Below are positions 38,931-51,429 of a stretch of 64,000 bases of DNA, piece after piece. The stretch comes from Octopus bimaculoides. Lineage: Eukaryota. Position 1 is the first letter of the stretch, and each line of letters begins with the position of its first letter. The translations under genes were made by a program, and so were the position numbers. The notes under the pieces are model-generated. The model was not told the origin of the DNA and searched no databases. It saw only the letters and a program-made list of their open reading frames with translations. The stretch is taken from NCBI RefSeq assembly GCF_001194135.2, contig NC_068987.1, forward strand, positions 53,338,205 through 53,402,204, given 5' to 3'.

Positions 38931-39777
38931 AATATATATATATATGAAATGCTTCTTTATAACTGACCGTCAGTCTAACGATGAAGATTCTGATTTTCGA
39001 ACCAATTGCCACATACGACATTTCTCTGATGGTATCTTGTAGGTAGATATCATGTAACATTGCGTGTGAAAAGATTTTACATTGGAATTAGAACTACAAT
39101 AGGTCTGGCGGTTTTTTTTATATAGTTCACTACATATTTTCCCCCTGCAGCTATAGAAAATAATACTTGTTCAAGATGCAGCGCACTCAATCAAACGTAG
39201 TTTCGAAGCGATCTTCTCAAATATGTTGGTGACATATATCATGTGTGTGCACGTGTGTGTGGTGGGGGTTTAGAAACAGATTTTCAATGTATTTCTCAAC
39301 AGGGTTTTAAATTATTGTAATCCATAACGCTAACCCTTCCTCAAAATATCTAAAGTAGATACCTTTTTTGAATATCATATTTTTAATACGCAAAATGAAA
39401 ACTATATCATTTATCATGAGACACTCTAGAATGTCCCACCTAAAATGATTTATGAACACTTAGACAATCCATATGAAATCTTCATAATTGGTATCACGCA
39501 TTATTGTATATATTTTGGTCGATGAATATATATTCGATTAACATAAACAATATATTCGTGACAGCATATATAACAGTTTTATTAATATTCTCTGTAGGAC
39601 GTTAAATCGCTTGAGATGTGACAAGATATATCGAGTTCAGAACTGTACATATGATATGAGATTCTATTTTTCACATGAAGAAAATAACACGTAGTAAAGG
39701 TACGAAATGCACAAAAAATTGTGACAAATTTATTATAGGAAACTGCATTTCCCGGCTTTGCATACATACATATATAC

Positions 39778-39811
<34 letters not shown>

Positions 39812-40069
39812 NNNNNNNNNNNNNNNNNNNNNNNNNNNNNNNNNNNNNNNNNNNNNNNNNNNNNNNNNNNNNNNNNNNNNNNNNNNNNNNNNNNNNNNNN
39901 NNNNNNNNNNNNNNNNNNNNNNNNNNNNNNNNNNNNNNNNNNNNNNNNNNNNNNNNNNNNNNNNNNNNNNNNNNNNNNNNNNNNNNNNNNNNNNNNNNNN
40001 NNNNNNNNNNNNNNNGACAGAGAGAGACAGAGAGAGAGAGAGACAGAGAGAGAGAGAGATAGACATCGT

Positions 40070-40190
40070 GGTACTCTGTCGGTTACGACGACGAGGGTTC
40101 CAGTTCATCCGATCAACGGAACACCCTGCTAGTGAAATTAACGTGCAAGTGGCTGAGCACTTCACAGACGCGTGTTGCTTACGACACTGC
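40070..40190 (-). mobile_element. SINE family A, 3' fragment
   Basis: Reverse complement of the 3' third of 29655-30030 (GTGCTCAGCCACTTGCACGTTAATTTCAC..GTTGATCGGATGAACTGGAACCCTCG). Confidence 0.85.
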
Positions 40191-41633
40191 CAGCTTGCAG
40201 ACTTATGTTGAGTGGTTTTTGTTTTCAACATATATTAGCCATGAATGAACACACTCATGAGCAGTCGGTTTCAGGCCCTATTAATGTATGTTTTCTTTCA
40301 ACGTAATGCATTTAGTGTGTTCTTTTTAAAAAAGGATATTTATGTGATTTCAAAGTAAGTTGGTTGCTCATTTATTTTGTGTTCTATATTCTATCAACGA
40401 TACATTCTAAACTTAAACAAATCTAAAACAAAAAGGTAACGGAAGAAAAGCCCGGAAATATCAAGTAATGAAGATTTTTTTTAAATATACAACATATAGG
40501 ACAGGAATTTGTAAAATATAGAGAATATAGCACAGGATATTTAAACTGAATTGTAGAACCAGCGATCAGACGCTTTCTACTGAGTCTTATAGGTAAAGTT
40601 TCACTTCCAATGGATACTAAAGAGATATTTTCTCCATTTTATGATTTGGATTGAATTTTCAATTACGCAATACAAACTCTATAAATCAAACTCTATCGTA
40701 TTTAAAATAGCGACCGTTTAGACATATTCCATGTCATTTATTCTACACGATATCTGATTATTACAGAACACACAAACAAAACACAGAACATTTACGAAAA
40801 CTCAAACTGTCTACTGTTATCAAATGTCTTAAGAAGTTCGATAGCAAAAGCTGGGTGAGTTATTTTATGCTTATTAATTCTCTTTGTACAACGACTTATT
40901 TTCTCGTTTTCCCGGGATTGATTGTTTGATGGAAAATTTTATATAATTTCATAAATTTCAGAAACTTTACCTGCTAGGTTATTCAATGTAACTGACACTG
41001 TATATAGCCGTCAAAGGCAAAAGGTAATGACTTCAATTTGCTAATGACATCTTCCTAATATTGTTGAATTAAGGTTTATTCTCTTTAAATTAGATTTTTT
41101 ACTCTTTTATCCGTATATATTAGTAATCTTATACTTTGTAGAACATATACACCATGTTCTCTACATACATATTTTACATTGTACACATTCTATATATCTT
41201 AGTTACATAAATAAATACAACGTAAGTTCTACGCATAGTCTCGAAAAGTATGCGTATAAAAAATACAGTTGTAAATCATTGTCATATGGTTTATAACTGT
41301 ATTTATTCTATGCATATACGTATGTATGGATTTATGTATATATTGTATGTAAATATGTATATATTCGGTTAAAAGTGCAGAGATAAAGTCAATAAAAGCA
41401 TCATAGGTGTGCAGTTACTGGTTATTCTAGGACTTAATAGGCAATAGATAATTGGTAGGTTTTTCGTCTCAGTCAAATGGAATTCGTTCGAATTTGCCTC
41501 TAGATATATGTTTCTTTACAGAGTTTCCACTCTAATCTTTTTTATATAAAGAGGCAATTATTTGAAGAGAAATTGTCTGACACATATATAAGTATATTCT
41601 TACTGATATATATATATACACACATACATATAA

Positions 41634-42030
41634 GAAAATTATAGTCGTCAACTGCACGTGACAAAGGGTGAGAAGAACAACTACATTACTATAAATAGGA
41701 GCTAAAATACTGCAATACTGTTATAAAGCACACAGCATATATTCTGATAGAGGCTGCAATCACTCCAAACACCGAACCGAGAGGCCCCTATACGAACCGG
41801 TCAGTTTCGGCTATTTCCGTAGCCAATGTTATTGAGGCCAGCTCGTTCGGCCGATACTGAACTACTTCGGGAATAAAAATATATGCATTCCCCATAAAAA
41901 GTTATGCATGATTGAGCAAATTGCTAATGTGTAGACAAACATTAATAAAAACAGATATTTGCTATGTTAAGTTATAAAGGAAAATTATAGTCCTCAACTA
42001 AACGTGATTAAAGCTGTGAAGAACGCCTAC
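41634..42030. other. About 50-bp direct repeats flanking a GC-rich structured island
   Basis: GAAAATTATAGTC(G/C)TCAACT..ACGTGA..AAAG..TG.GAAGAAC at 41634-41678 and 41980-42024; the island at 41778-41862 folds. Confidence 0.5.
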
Positions 42031-42168
42031 ACTGCAAGAAATCAGAGCTAAACTACCCAAATTCTGTTTAATATACATCTTCCATATATATGTGCGTGTG
42101 TGCACACGCGCGCGCGTGTGTGTGCATAGACACATGTGTGTGTATATATATATATATATATATAGTTT

Positions 42169-42200
<32 letters not shown>

Positions 42201-45200
42201 CACATGTATATAGACAGGTGTGTGGATATATACAAGTGCTTACACACACACACGTACACACATACAGACGCGCGCACCCAAAACCCACACACCCACACAT
42301 GGATATATTCATAAAAATTCTAGCGAAATATTACCTCGACCGGTATTACATTTTATATTGGAGTGCTTGCTAGTGTAACAGATAACGTTTTTGAAAACAT
42401 AACTTTACTATAGATTTTATTTTGGCCCAATATTTCGTTTATATTACACAGATATGTGATCTTGCATTTTATTACAAATTTAAGGATTTTCCTGCTTTCT
42501 AACATCGATTTCTTTCCGTTATAAAAATGCCAGATTTGTTTAAGGTTAAAATTTATCGCCGATAGAATATAGAGCGCCAGATAAAATTGTATTGCACAGA
42601 CTGTAAACATTCAATACAAAATGTCTTTGAGCTGCCTTCCCAATTCTAGTTTTATGCATCTTCAAAATAATCCGTCTTCCATAAAATTTAGAAAATGTCC
42701 TTTCGCATAAACATGGCATAGACGGATACAATCTCTCTAAAGTTACGAATTCCTGTTAACACTTCTCAATTACGCTACAACTTTGTAGTATGTGTTTCAA
42801 GAAGATATTTAATGCATTTCTGTTATCATTTTAAACATTATTCAACGAAATATTGTAAATAAATGAGGCCTCATATTTGTACTCTGTATGTCTACCATCG
42901 TGTGGATGATAAAATACAATTGTAGCAAAGAATATTCTTACGCTAATCCTCATTTAATAAAACATCTAATTTATAATATTAGTTCCTTATGATTAAGCAC
43001 CATAATCTCACAAATAATCCTATATATTGTTAATGCTGTTCCGACTGGATATCAAAATCCAATTATAAGTATGTTTAATTTTGATTTACATGTTACTTTC
43101 GTATGTGTACTATATTAATTAATTATTTTGATGAAGCACCACCGAGGTTGGATATTCGTTACGTTTCTATCAACTCCATTACTATTTAGACGCTTATTAA
43201 AAAGAAATTGTTTCAGCTGGAAATGTAAACGATTTAGTTAACATAATATACAGTCATATACGTGGAATAGGGATCATCATCGCATCCCTGTAATTATTCA
43301 ATTATCTGTTCATATTACTTTCTAGACACAATTCTAGGCAAGATCTACAGTTTATTGTAATTAAATTTATTGAATAATAATTGACTGCTTCCTATACAAT
43401 TTGAATAAGAGAATGACAGGAGAATTTCATTCCTGTGGAATTTGAACTAAAAATGTGCAAAAGGTATCCAAGCGACCTGAATAGTTTATATCATTTCTCT
43501 CCCACTCCTCTAATTATAAATTTTTATTGTATTCATTACTTATAGAGACACTCGATGCGATCTGTAAATAAATAGATAAATTGTGTACTGTGTACTCTAT
43601 TTCTAACAACCATTCATGCCAGAGGCCCAATACAGGACTTCACTATTGATCGAGAGCTAACGTCTGTTTTATTACGAAATATATTGATTTCCGAAATTTA
43701 TTCAGACATTCAACTGCATTACACCAACTACACAATGGTAACGATGTCTAACAAGTTTGGGTCATCAGAAAACTCATAAAAATAATGCACATGTTCTTAA
43801 TAAATCAAAATCAGTTATCAAATATTTAAAATCTATTTCTCATATATGAATGTTTATATTTTGAATTTAATATGCTAATTTCTTACACAGAAAAGGCGCC
43901 GAAATTTGGGAGGTAAATCAATCGATTAAATCGTACTAGTATTTACTTTTCTCGATATGGGAAAGATATAATCATCGTCTGTGTGTTTTGAAATTAGAAC
44001 TTAACTGCAATGAATATCAAAAGACATCTTCCCGAAACCTTAAGTAATCCAGCAATCCACTGACCTTCATTTATATAGGGGGAGGACATTCGATGTCCCA
44101 TCAATTCCCATTACAACATGTTATGTTACTGAAGGTTATATGGACGATAGTAATGCAACTATAACTCAAATATTTTTGAACATTTAGTCTTAATACGTAA
44201 GGTCATGAAGTTTCTCACACGTAATAAACCAACAGTTTAGCTAAACATATTTCACTATATTAAGGTATTAAGGATTAGAAAAAAAAAAGCATTCTTTTTT
44301 TTTTTTACATATTTTCGCCTCATACTAAATTATCCCACTGTATATTCTTAACGGAGGCAGCAATACCCTCTGTGATATTGGTTATACCTTTTTTTACATA
44401 GCAAAAATATATCTGTAAATCCTATATCTTGCTCGTCTTATGAACATGTTCCGTGTAAAATGACATAAAATATCATTTTATTGAGATGTAGTATTGTAAT
44501 GATTAACAGCTTAGAAGCAAATTAAGAAAAATTTAATCATTTTTAGCTGCACGACTTATATAGCAAAAAGCTTTTGGATTAGTTTTTAAAATAGTTCATG
44601 CTGCCTGATCTGATTTTATTTAAAACCCGAAGAAGAGAGAACCAATAAAAATTTTACCTGTTTGGAGGTGAACGAAGATCCTTTCCGTAATATCGAAAAA
44701 GGAGCTTAAAAACGTTTTTATTCTAAAAAAGAAGAAAATGACAAATTCTTACATGTTTCTTAAATAATATTATAGAAAGGTCTCTATGTGAGGAAAGTAC
44801 AAATGACAAACGTTACGTTGAGTTACTATGAATTATATTTAATACTATATTATTCAGGCCTGATCTCTTTGAGATCATTCCTTACATATGCAGTTCTAGT
44901 TAGAGGATTGAGGACAAAAATCAATAATATTCTGTGTAAACGAGCCATAATGCCTTTACAATAAGCTTACATTTGAAAAGTTACTTTGAGCCAATGACTG
45001 AAGTGAGTGCCGCAATGATCTTCTGTCAATGGTATTGACATTAAAATATTTCCATTATTAACCAACCGAAGGGCATATATATATATATATATATTCGGGG
45101 CTTTGCAGTGTGATTTGAGGGAAGATAGGGTGCAGTTTCCACCAGATCTAGCTACATTTTAGTGAATCGCTCGTTTGTTTGTTCATACATTTATAAACAC

Positions 45201-45557
45201 AGAAGGTAGTAGGTGGTATTTAGAGTTGATAAGTTACTATGATGGCAACATGAACATTTCCATAATTCTTTTTCTTTCTCTCTCTGGCTATATCTTTATC
45301 ACTCTCATCGTATTGAATTGTTTGTCAATGGTGAAATGGTGAACTGGAAATAATCATAGAACTTGTTATCCTTATTCTTCGATAAAAATGTGAAAATATA
45401 TATAATTGTGTTTCCTGTATATATGTAAATTACTGTCATACATAAGTACCATGTAATGTGGAGAATAATGTTTTTATATATAATTATTTAGTAGGTTAGG
45501 GTTCAAATAATATACAGGTGCACAAAAATCCCACCCACACATGTGTGTAAATGAGTG

Positions 45558-45631
45558 ATGCGTGCGTGAATAAGTAGTGCGTGTGTGAATAAGTAGTGCG
45601 TGTGTGAGTAAGTAGTGTGTGTGTGTGTGTA

Positions 45632-45670
<39 letters not shown>
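45558..45670. repeat. 19-bp minisatellite grading into (TG)n
   Basis: About three copies of TGCGTGTGTGAATAAGTAG. Confidence 0.8.
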
Positions 45671-45676
<6 letters not shown>

Positions 45677-46008
45677 ATGCTTGTATGTGTGTGTATATAA
45701 AAAAATGTCAGTCAGATAAGTAATATAGCGATTACAATAATAGCTAAACAATCTTTGTCAATCAGGCGGAGATTATCTAAATTCTCTCTTTAAACAATAT
45801 ATCAAGTAGCGTATTCTTTTTCTCTAGAGCAATTGTTTTCAGTTGAATCATAATAGCATGTTATTGTATATCTATATCTATCTATAACAATCTCTTTATA
45901 TTATATATCCTTTGCACAATAGAATTCACGTTTTTTGGAGAGAAAAGTGTTATTCATCTTCTTGTAGAATACATGTTTACATTGGAAATATCAAAATAAA
46001 AGTATTCA

Positions 46009-46235
46009 TTCAAGGCGGTGAGCTGGCAGAAACGTTAGCACGCCGGACGAAATGCTTAGCGGTATTTCGTCTGTCTTTACGTTCTGAGTTCAAACTGCAC
46101 CGAGGTCAACTTTGTCTTTCATCCTTTCAGGGTCGGTAAATTTAGTACCAGTTGCGAGAGGGTTCGATCTAATTAAGTGGAACCCTCCCCCAAAATTTCT
46201 AGCGTTGTGCCAAGAGTAGAAACGGAAAAATATAT
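46009..46235 (+). mobile_element. tRNA-like SINE family C with 13-bp TSD
   Basis: AAGGCGGTGAGCTGGCAGAAACGTTAG..GAGTTCAAA..; ATAAAAGTATTCA duplicated at 45996-46008 and 46236-46248. Confidence 0.85.
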
Positions 46236-47308
46236 ATAAAAGTATTCAATTCCTCTTTTCCACCACTCTGTTGGACTCTCTCTCGCTTCATTGCTTTTCA
46301 TTTTACCTTCGTCCGATATTACAGTCATTTTGGGGTCTAAATCTATGAGATCATTATATTAATTGCTAATGGACTTATAATCTTTTTCAAAGTATTAAAG
46401 TTGTATTGCGATATGAAGTTTTTTTTTTTAAATATGTAGCTGTACGTTACATTTCAGTTGAGCTAATCGTCGGATAATCATCGGTGTTTATCAATACCTT
46501 TTAAAGATTAGGCTACTAGCAGCTTCTCCGTACTATGCAAACAGCAAGAAATACCTGATACTAATCGGAGATAAAACTGATAGAATCTTGATGCTCTTGT
46601 AAACATTTATAAACGCATTGTTTCTAAAGATAAGGTCAATATGAAAAAAATCTTTCTGTTGTACATTCAGTTTATTTCAGAAATGTGTGTTAAGAATCTA
46701 AATAAAGTGTGAACACAATCATTATATGTATGTATATATATAAAAAAAAGGATATGTCTCTAAATGCACTTAGTAGATGCTAAAACTATTCCTGTATGTT
46801 GAAAATGAAATATTTAATATATTTTACATTTACTAGAGAAGGAAATAAACAACTAGTCGTCACAGCAGTCAAGAGTCAAATTCCAATAATATTTCCATTT
46901 ATTACTTTAAGGATGTTTTATTATTACTTTTTTGTAGAGAATATTTTACTATTACTTTGTCTAGTAGCCATTTTTATATCAAATACAGTTTGAAGTTTAT
47001 TAAACTCAGTGAGGACAAATACATTAAAAGAACACATAAAAATATATCCTTACTCGACAAATAAATGTGATTCTCTTTCTATTTTAGACTAGTATATAAT
47101 TATAACTGTTTGATCTAGACTTAGTTTCACCAGCATACAGAAAAATATAGAGATTTATATTTATGCAATAAGTTCCTTCTTCATCTTCTGAACTTTGTAG
47201 ATTGGCTAGTTAAAGCGTTGTTTATTATATATTTCGAAATAAAGGAATTTACTTATTTCTTATTTTAAATGCCGTTTACCAATACATTTTCGCTTAAATA
47301 ATAAGTAA

Positions 47309-47400
47309 CTAAGAGCGGTTGATGTTCGATTCGGTAGCTTTGGTGTTTCGTATTCTTTCATAAATGGTTTTATGTGATCTCAGTGTCTGCAAGTCCTTTG
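47309..47400 (-). CDS. Candidate terminal coding exon (unidentified host gene)
   Basis: CTGAC branch-like motif, pyrimidine tract and CAG acceptor; phase-1 frame KDLQTLRSHKTIYERIRNTKATESNINRS* (92 nt). No homology recognised. Confidence 0.2.
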
Positions 47401-47891
47401 CTGTTGTAAAAGTATTTGATAATGGAGAGGAAATGCAGAGATTGTCAGTAGATAAATAGTTATAGAAAATAAGTATCGGACGACTGCTCAGCAAGTAGTT
47501 GTTCGTTCGATGTTTGTTTATAAGGCAATATTCTCGATGTTAGACTAGAGTTTTCCCACTAAATTCCGCTGTTCGGAATAAAGTTCGGATCCTAGGCTAA
47601 CTGAAAATTAAAATAACGAGGGACATATATTTCTCTTTCATATATATCTGTTATTCCAAAGCTAACATTAAAATCAATTTAATTTGTCGAATAGTTTTAA
47701 GTATATAAGGGTATATTATTAATTCCGTTTAAACAATATAGAAGAATACACATATGAAACATTTTATTTAATGTAGAAATAACTGAGTAATAGTCAGTAC
47801 ATTATTCCTACACTGCTTTTCAAATACAACACACCGACAGGAAAAAGAAGGGAACAAGGTGGAAATTCGGGAGTGTTGGCGTTTATGGAAC

Positions 47892-47954
47892 ATAGAATTC
47901 TGGATATTATCTCATAGAGATTCTGGATATTATCTCATAGAGATTCTGGATATT
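47892..47954. repeat. 23-bp tandem repeat, about 2.8 copies
   Basis: ATAGAGATTCTGGATATTATCTC repeated. Confidence 0.9.
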
Positions 47955-49002
47955 AACTAGAGGCGAACCAAAATATGATTAACAATAAGAAAGACTCGTT
48001 GCAATTAACTAAGCATTTCCCAAGAATGGTGGCTGTTGATAAAAGGTGCATTTACTGTTCGATAGATGTCGCAGTTTGATTGAAGACTTGCGTTTCAAAG
48101 ATCATTTAGATATCTCTAACTTAGATGCAGTCTGCGGAATGTGTGTACATGGGTGTAGTTGCTCTTTTGTGTGAGTGTGCGTGGCAGCAGTGCCGCAGAT
48201 TAGAGATGAGTATTACATGATTGTTTGTGAACATTGTAAATATTCAGTCCTTAATCAGAAGCGAAATATTTCCTGAACAAGAAAACTACTCTAAGATTCC
48301 GATATGGCTCCATTATAAATGTTAGATGCCATGTAAGACCATGTGCTATGGAATTCCTGCATTAATTTAGATATTAAGATGTCCTATGGTTTCATTAACA
48401 TATATGTGAACTCGGAAGCATGAAAGGATTTTGTTTACGAACGTCACAAAATCAAAATAGCTTATCGGCAAAGATATAGTAAAACAAATATATATTTCGG
48501 AAGCAGTCTCAGATTCATGTAACAAGATGAGCGCTTAGATACTCTTTTTAATAAGTATATGTTATGCATAGATGCCACAGATGCAGCATGCCCTTCAATA
48601 TTGAAGAAATAAACTCTGCAATCAAATGAAGTCATTGTTATATTATAGAGTGCATTGCAGTAGGTGTAGTTGTGAGTTGTTACTTATTTGTTTTCCACTA
48701 TCCACTGTAATTTCGTATATTAATACGATTGAAATGTGATACCTTTAAAATACGATAGTTGTTGTAAATGTACTTATTTTAATGTTTTTGGACCCTACCG
48801 GTTACTGACGCAGTTTCTACTTTCGAATGCGTCTACATTTCTTTGTATCGTGTTACTGTAGTTGTATTCAAGTGTACAGAAGATGTGGTACTGTAATAAT
48901 ATTCAAGAGCTATTTTTAAGGTCCATTGATGTTAAGATTGTTAAGACTCAAACTTTTGTCGCTTTCCAAGAAATAGTTGATTTCAGCATCCTCAACACTT
49001 AC

Positions 49003-49050
49003 TTCTCTCCTGCAGAAGAAATTCCGCATCAGAAAACATTTCATAACATT
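49003..49050 (-). CDS. Candidate 48-nt internal exon (unidentified host gene)
   Basis: TACCTTTAG acceptor and GTAAGT donor; phase-1 frame CYEMFSDAEFLLQER is compatible with 47309-47400. Confidence 0.2.
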
Positions 49051-49064
49051 CTAAAGGTATAATG

Positions 49065-49098
<34 letters not shown>

Positions 49099-49987
49099 AA
49101 AGAATCTAAAATATATATACATCTAGAGACATTTTCTCGTTGCCACATTTGTGTATTAACTTTTTTTCCATCTTCTACTTTGAAAATATATAAATATGAA
49201 AAACATACACCGTGTCTTGTAATGAAAAGTTGAAGACCTAAAAGAAGCGACAATGAAATTTGCGAGGTAAACACATTTTGGAAATAAATTACATATCCAC
49301 AGGCGATATATAACAAGAAGAAAAATATTTTTATGAATAATTGTAAACTATCTATGAATAAATAAAATATAAAATCAAAAATGTATCTACCCACGACAAA
49401 AGTAAGAAAGTATAAAGGAAAGTGTTTTCCTCGGTAATTCAATTTTAAAGCTGTTACACGAAGGGAAAGTTTATTTTCATTTAATACAAATTACATAAAG
49501 AAAACTCTTCATAATTTACATAATTGCATTATGTTGAATATAGAGTCAATTATAACTTCCAAAACAGTTGAAGTTGTCTGTCAAGCAGAGTTGATTTTGA
49601 TGCCATCACTGGTTGGAAACACACGTGGGAACATCTATGGAGCTAGCTGACTGTTATATCAGGAATATCAATGAAGATAGATCATTTTCGTGAACCAAAC
49701 AAAGGAGCAACCCATTGCTTTTTATCCTAACCAATATATGTTAGATTAGCTACGAAAATTTACGGGAATGCATCAAGAGTTGTATGGTTTACACCCAGAA
49801 CTACACTAATAGCTTATAAGTGAAATTTAGGATTGCAGCCTCTTTCTGTGAATTGGATTTTATAAAAATTTTCCCAGCTGGTTTGCAAACTAAGGCGAAA
49901 CCATTGTTAAGTTCTCATTATTCTGTGTAACATCCTTTCTTTTTTTATTTCAGATAATTCAGTTTTGGGGTGAAGCGCGGCAATAGC

Positions 49988-50892
49988 TTTTGAATGAAAA
50001 TAGCTAATCTAGACATTTTTCTTTCAGAACATGAAGGGTAATGATACATATTAAGCATGCATTCAGTTTATATTTAACAGAAAACCATAATGTTATAATA
50101 TTTATTGGCATAATGAGTTATAAAGCCATATGAGTGCCAAGGAAGAAGCGATCCGATTATTGGACCTCTAAGACTGTGACAGCTATGGATTTAAGGCATA
50201 TTGGCCGCAAGTTACATGGGAAACCTGGACAAACGAGGAAAGCCATTTTCACCGCCTCCAGACTTCCTCATGTACTGAACACCACTATAAATCGCATGTT
50301 CTGGACAATGTCTCTTCAAAGGAGTTTGTGGCTGCAATGGGCCCAAAAGTACATGACGTTAGACATGGGTTGTGTTCTGTTTACTGACGAAACCAGGACG
50401 AACCTTGACGGACCTAACGGTTGGGAAAATGACTGAGTCGATTTTTGAGATGAACGTCATCAACGTTTCCGACGTCAACAACAGCGTGGGGAAATCAAGT
50501 TGTGGGCTGGTATCATTGGAGACAGACATGATATTTTGGTTCAGTCAAGGCGCCTGAGGTGGTTAAATTGGCGGCAGCCCCCTACTGCAATCTCCTGAAG
50601 GTGGTCTTGAATCCCTGGCTAGATGACATACATGTCTTATGGGCCACTATCTAAGGTAGATCAGAAGCAGTCCAGCTTGCTACTATTAAGAAATTGACAA
50701 ATTCCATGACTAATAGGGTTTTTGAAGCTATCCGTTGAAATGGCACTCATGTGGCTAAATAATTCATTATATCAACAAATGTTATAATATTTTTATGGTT
50801 TTATGTTAAATATATACTCAATGTATGCTTAATATGCATCATTAGCCTTCATTTTCTGAAAAAATGTCTAGATAGGCTATTTTCATTCAAAA
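49988..50892 (+). mobile_element. Internally deleted Tc1/mariner element with about 150-bp inverted repeats
   Basis: 49988-50139 is inverted with 50741-50892; internal VLFTDETRTNLDGPNGW and RRQQRGE..WAGII transposase motifs. Confidence 0.85.
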
Positions 50893-50957
50893 CCTCAAGA
50901 ATTTGAAATAAACAAAGCGAAATGATGCTACAGAGAATAATAAAAACATAACAATGG

Positions 50958-51184
50958 TGTTGCCTTAGTATACAAATAAGGTGGGAAATTTTTTTTTATC
51001 AAAATCGACTCACAGAAAGCTGGAAAATGCTAAATATCACTCCTATGGTATTAGCGTGCTGCTTGTTATATATATACACGCGCACATCCAGACCCACGCT
51101 AATAGCTTAGGAGTGACATTTAGGATATTCCAGCTTTCTGTGAATCGATTTTGATATCACTTTCTCCAGTACACTAAGGCAATA
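50958..51184. mobile_element. Small MITE/foldback
   Basis: 50998-51058 vs 51095-51155 is a 61-bp inverted repeat with 6 mismatches; outer TTGCCTTAGT(A/G)TAC is also inverted; 36-nt spacer. Confidence 0.8.
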
Positions 51185-51239
51185 TACATATAGTAAATCC
51201 AAAAATACGAAGAACAAACACAAAGAAACAACATACATA

Positions 51240-51428
51240 TTTGCGTGTCCGTCTTTATGTCACTGTTTGCCCCTACCATCACTTGACAACCGATGTCGGT
51301 GTGTTCACATCCCATAACATAACGGTTCATCAAAACAACTGATAAAAAGTACTAGGCTTACAAAGAATAAGACCTGGGATCGATTTTTTCGAATAAAACC
51401 CTTCAGGTGGTGCTCCAGTATGGCCGAC
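51240..51428 (+). mobile_element. SINE family B, 3' half
   Basis: AAGTACTAGGCTTACAAAGAATAAG..GGTGGTGCTCCAGTATGGCCG matches 59875-59945. Confidence 0.8.
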
Positions 51429-51429
51429 G

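Noticed and set aside
47892-47954. CRISPR-like repeat
   Set aside because: No spacers, eukaryotic context, no cas genes.
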